Source: Cirrosporium novae-zelandiae (lineage: Eukaryota). From it: a DNA stretch of 64,000 nucleotides. The notes under the pieces are model-generated. The model saw only the letters and a list, made by a program, of their open reading frames with translations. It did not search any database and was not told the DNA's origin. The position numbers and the translations under genes are program-made. Below are positions 61,160 to 64,000 of the stretch, piece after piece. The DNA lies in assembly GCA_026023565.1 (NCBI GenBank), contig JAPETS010000046.1, forward strand, positions 62,001-126,000. The letters are read 5' to 3'. Within the stretch, counting starts at the first letter, position 1, and every line of letters begins with the position of its first letter.

Positions 61160-62661
61160 TTACGCTATTAGCAAATCTACTTTTAGCATTCTCAGGTCCT
61201 GAATCCAATTCGCAGTGGGTGCAGCGCAGCGCATTGCAACACTTCTACTCTGCCAAATCTCTTCTAGTATATCTATTGTATTAGGAATACAACCCCAAGG
61301 CAGGTGTTCCCACTGTTCATGAAGCCTAGTCACCGCCCAGGTCTGTCGTCCCGGATCCTGCGTCTCTGCACCTGCAATAAATATGGACCATGAAGTGGCT
61401 TTAAAGAGCGCATCGCTAAACGGGATGAATGAGACGTGACGGACGACATCTGAGACCAATGGTTCATGGTTATCATCAATTTTAGTAGTCGAGGAAAAGG
61501 ATAGCAGCACACGAGAAATGTAAATGCACACGGCCGCTTTATGCGCCGATGCTATGTGTACTCGGTTCTCGAGATCGCTTTGCGGTGATGTATTCTGGAT
61601 TGTTCTGGCCCAGGCAAGTGCATCAAATGATTGAGCGGCTCGGAGGAGGCAAAATGCCTCTTCCTAGCAGCTGGTCATTGGATCCATTGTCGAGACGCTC
61701 GAGTAGTCTGAGATAACTGAGCTGTAGCTAGAATTATCTGGAGAAGGATCGCTGGGCATGAGAGATAATTGTTGGCTTCTCCGTATTGGAGGATAGAATC
61801 GACGTCGAGAGAGCTGCACGGGGTCTCTGAAGCCTTTGAGCACGTCAGTGCTGAGCCAAGAATATCATATCTAATAAGGCATCTGTTAGCTACTCGCTGT
61901 CTTTAATCCATATCAATCGTGGAGTCATACACTACACAGTTTGAAACCAAACAGCTACGTAGCGGGTTCATAGTGGAACCTTCAACTCTGTATGATTCGC
62001 CCAAGTAGTCGATGAGTCTTCTGGCACCGTTGATATGAAATCTCCAGTCATCTTTGCCAGAATCGATAAGCTCAAATTCGATGAGAAGCACAGACGCTAG
62101 AGCGACGTCTATGTCAACTGAGTGCATATCATGGAGGGCGAAATTTAGTAATCGAAGAGCATGCTGTTTAGCTATGAGAGCGTCCTTGTACGGATTTGAT
62201 GACTGACGTATTGACAAGTTCAAAGGAGCATAATGCGTTGGTGTGCTTGGATGAGAGTGGGGCGAAAATGATGGTATGACTCCCGTGAGCATCGATCTCT
62301 GGAAAATATTTGAAAGACGAAGCGCCGAGTTTGCGATAATAATGTGAAGTAGAACCGCATGTTGTTTTGTTAATGGAATGAGATCACGAAGGGGGTTATG
62401 GTTGGGGATATCGTAAATTACAAGGTCTTTACAAACTTGGCTGGCGACTGATATGCCTTAGCAACAATATACTGATATCAGTATGGTTGAGGATAGCTTA
62501 CAGTAGGAGAGGTAATACCTAGAATCTTGGTTCAAGTCTTGAAAGAGTGGATCAATTAGAGACCAGGGTAGTAATATTTTAGTACGCTCATTTGCCTGCT
62601 TCATTTCCTTTTGCTTCGCATCCTCAAATGTCATGCCCATCATCTTCCCACGGTTTGCCAT
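61160..62661 (-). pseudogene. Disrupted Acr-2-like fungal transcription factor (Fungal_trans_2-type domain); no Zn2Cys6 exon found; frameshift plus in-frame stop
   Basis: NRGKMMG, LIDPLFQDLNQDSRYYLSYF, NPLRDLIPL, EANNYLSCP, HIASAHKAAVCIY, WSIFIAGAE. The upstream frame ends at TGA 61677-61675, and the homologous downstream frame has TAG at 61666-61664. Confidence 0.75.
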
Positions 62662-63312
62662 GCTAATGATAACCTTTTGTTAGGTGTGTCATAGAGCTGA
62701 CAAGTAAAGAAGAGAGCAAAGTCATCCATCTTCTCAGATTTCGGATTAGTCTTATATAGGGTGATTAATTAATTATATGGATAAGGATAAGGTTATATAC
62801 AGCTGCAAGTCTTGTGTCTTGGCCTCCTATCTAGGAATAGCTTGTTATGTAATTAGACTACTTATTGGTCCATTTTCCTTTTCGTCACTCCAGCATTTTC
62901 TCATTTCTCCCATTTCTCCCTCCTGTCCGTAGATTTTTTACCTGCTTTCCCCTCTTACTTCATACAATATGTCCAAGTGGCAGCCAAGACACAGATCTCA
63001 CAGCCTGAAGTAATGCTTGTTCTACCACTTTCCTTCTAGCCCAATGTGAGGTCGTTGGCCTACAACAAGCGTCATGGCTCATAGTAAGGCTACGCTTCAG
63101 TCCTTTCTGTATCAATTGCACAAGCTGTATATTTCTCAATATAGCTCTTTTTCTTTTTTTTTGAGTTTCTCTCCTACCTCCTTCGCTCTATAAAAACGAG
63201 CTTTCAAACCAGGGCACTATTGAACCAAGTCTTTAGCTCTATTATCAATTTTCGTTCACTGTTGGGTATATTGTTAGAATTATGATTGCAAATTTCGCTC
63301 TCACATCTACAG

Positions 63313-64000
63313 GAGTATTTTATTAGTGGGTTTAATATAATCCTTCCGACCCTGAGCATTACCCTCGAGATACCCCTCAAGTCACAAACTTGGCCAGCTA
63401 GTGCCTTTTCCTTGGTGGCCGGGGCTTTCCTCCTTCCTTTCGGCCGCCTTGCTGATATGTATGGTGGATATATTGTCTTTATATGTGGATTGATATGGTT
63501 CTTTATCTGGTCACTTATTGGCGGCTTCAGTCAGAACTATCTGATGCTCATTTTCTGCCGGGCGCTACAGGGGTTTGGGCCTGCTGCATTCCTACCCGCT
63601 GGTATAATGTTACTCGGCAGCATTTACCGACCAGGACCTCGAAAAAATCTCATGTTTGGTCTATACGGATCTTTTACACCTATAGGGTTTTTCTCTAGTA
63701 TATTTATCAACGGTATCAGCGAACAATATCTTCCATGGGGTTGGTATTTCTGGATCGGTGCAGGCCTTCTCTTGGTAGTATATTTTGTGGCGTTAATTAC
63801 TGTTCCCTCGGGTCGATTGGACGGACACTGCCAGAAAGTGAAGATGGACTGGTGGGGTGCATTTACCATCGTCCCAGGGCTGCTGTTGGTAGTCTACGCC
63901 ATCACCGATAGCTCACATGCTCCAAATGGCTAGTCAACACCGTATATATACACCACTTTTGTCCTTGGTATCATATTTCTCTGCGGCGCCTTTTACGTTG
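63313..64000 (+). pseudogene. Disrupted MFS drug:H+ antiporter (DHA2-like); 5' exon unrecognisable, in-frame TAG at 63931-63933, runs off the window
   Basis: EYFISGFNIILP, LPFGRLADMYG, RALQGFG, YRPGPRKN, KMDWWG, then HAPNG*STPYIY..FYV; homology-like sequence continues past the stop. Confidence 0.78.

Overview
Gene-dense, intron-containing genomic DNA from a filamentous ascomycete (Pezizomycotina-type GT..CTRAC..AG introns, mostly 45-65 nt). I can model 17 apparently intact protein-coding genes and 2 pseudogenes by hand-splicing. Housekeeping genes: ERG4, dienelactone hydrolase, fructosamine kinase, CTF4, Mug163-like, CWC27, RNase H1, Na+/H+ antiporter, SPT23/MGA2, TRS130, delta-12 desaturase and an LDB19-like arrestin. 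Three 3-5 kb microsatellite-mosaic deserts partition the window. The most interesting block (12.8-25.8 kb) is five co-oriented genes with no PKS or cluster TF: an NRPS-like carboxylic acid reductase (A-T-R), an alcohol-oxidase-like GMC enzyme with two GC-AG introns, a monocarboxylate-porter MFS, a 2OG-Fe(II) dioxygenase and an amino-acid permease. Four of the five have CCTCGG elements upstream. Other oddities: a TA-flanked MITE-like insert in an intron, an orphan with a degenerate HExxH motif, a candidate dual-start RNase H1, and a head-to-head TF/MFS pair that has decayed. No tRNA, rRNA or CRISPR array was recognised. All assignments come from motif recognition only; no searches were run.
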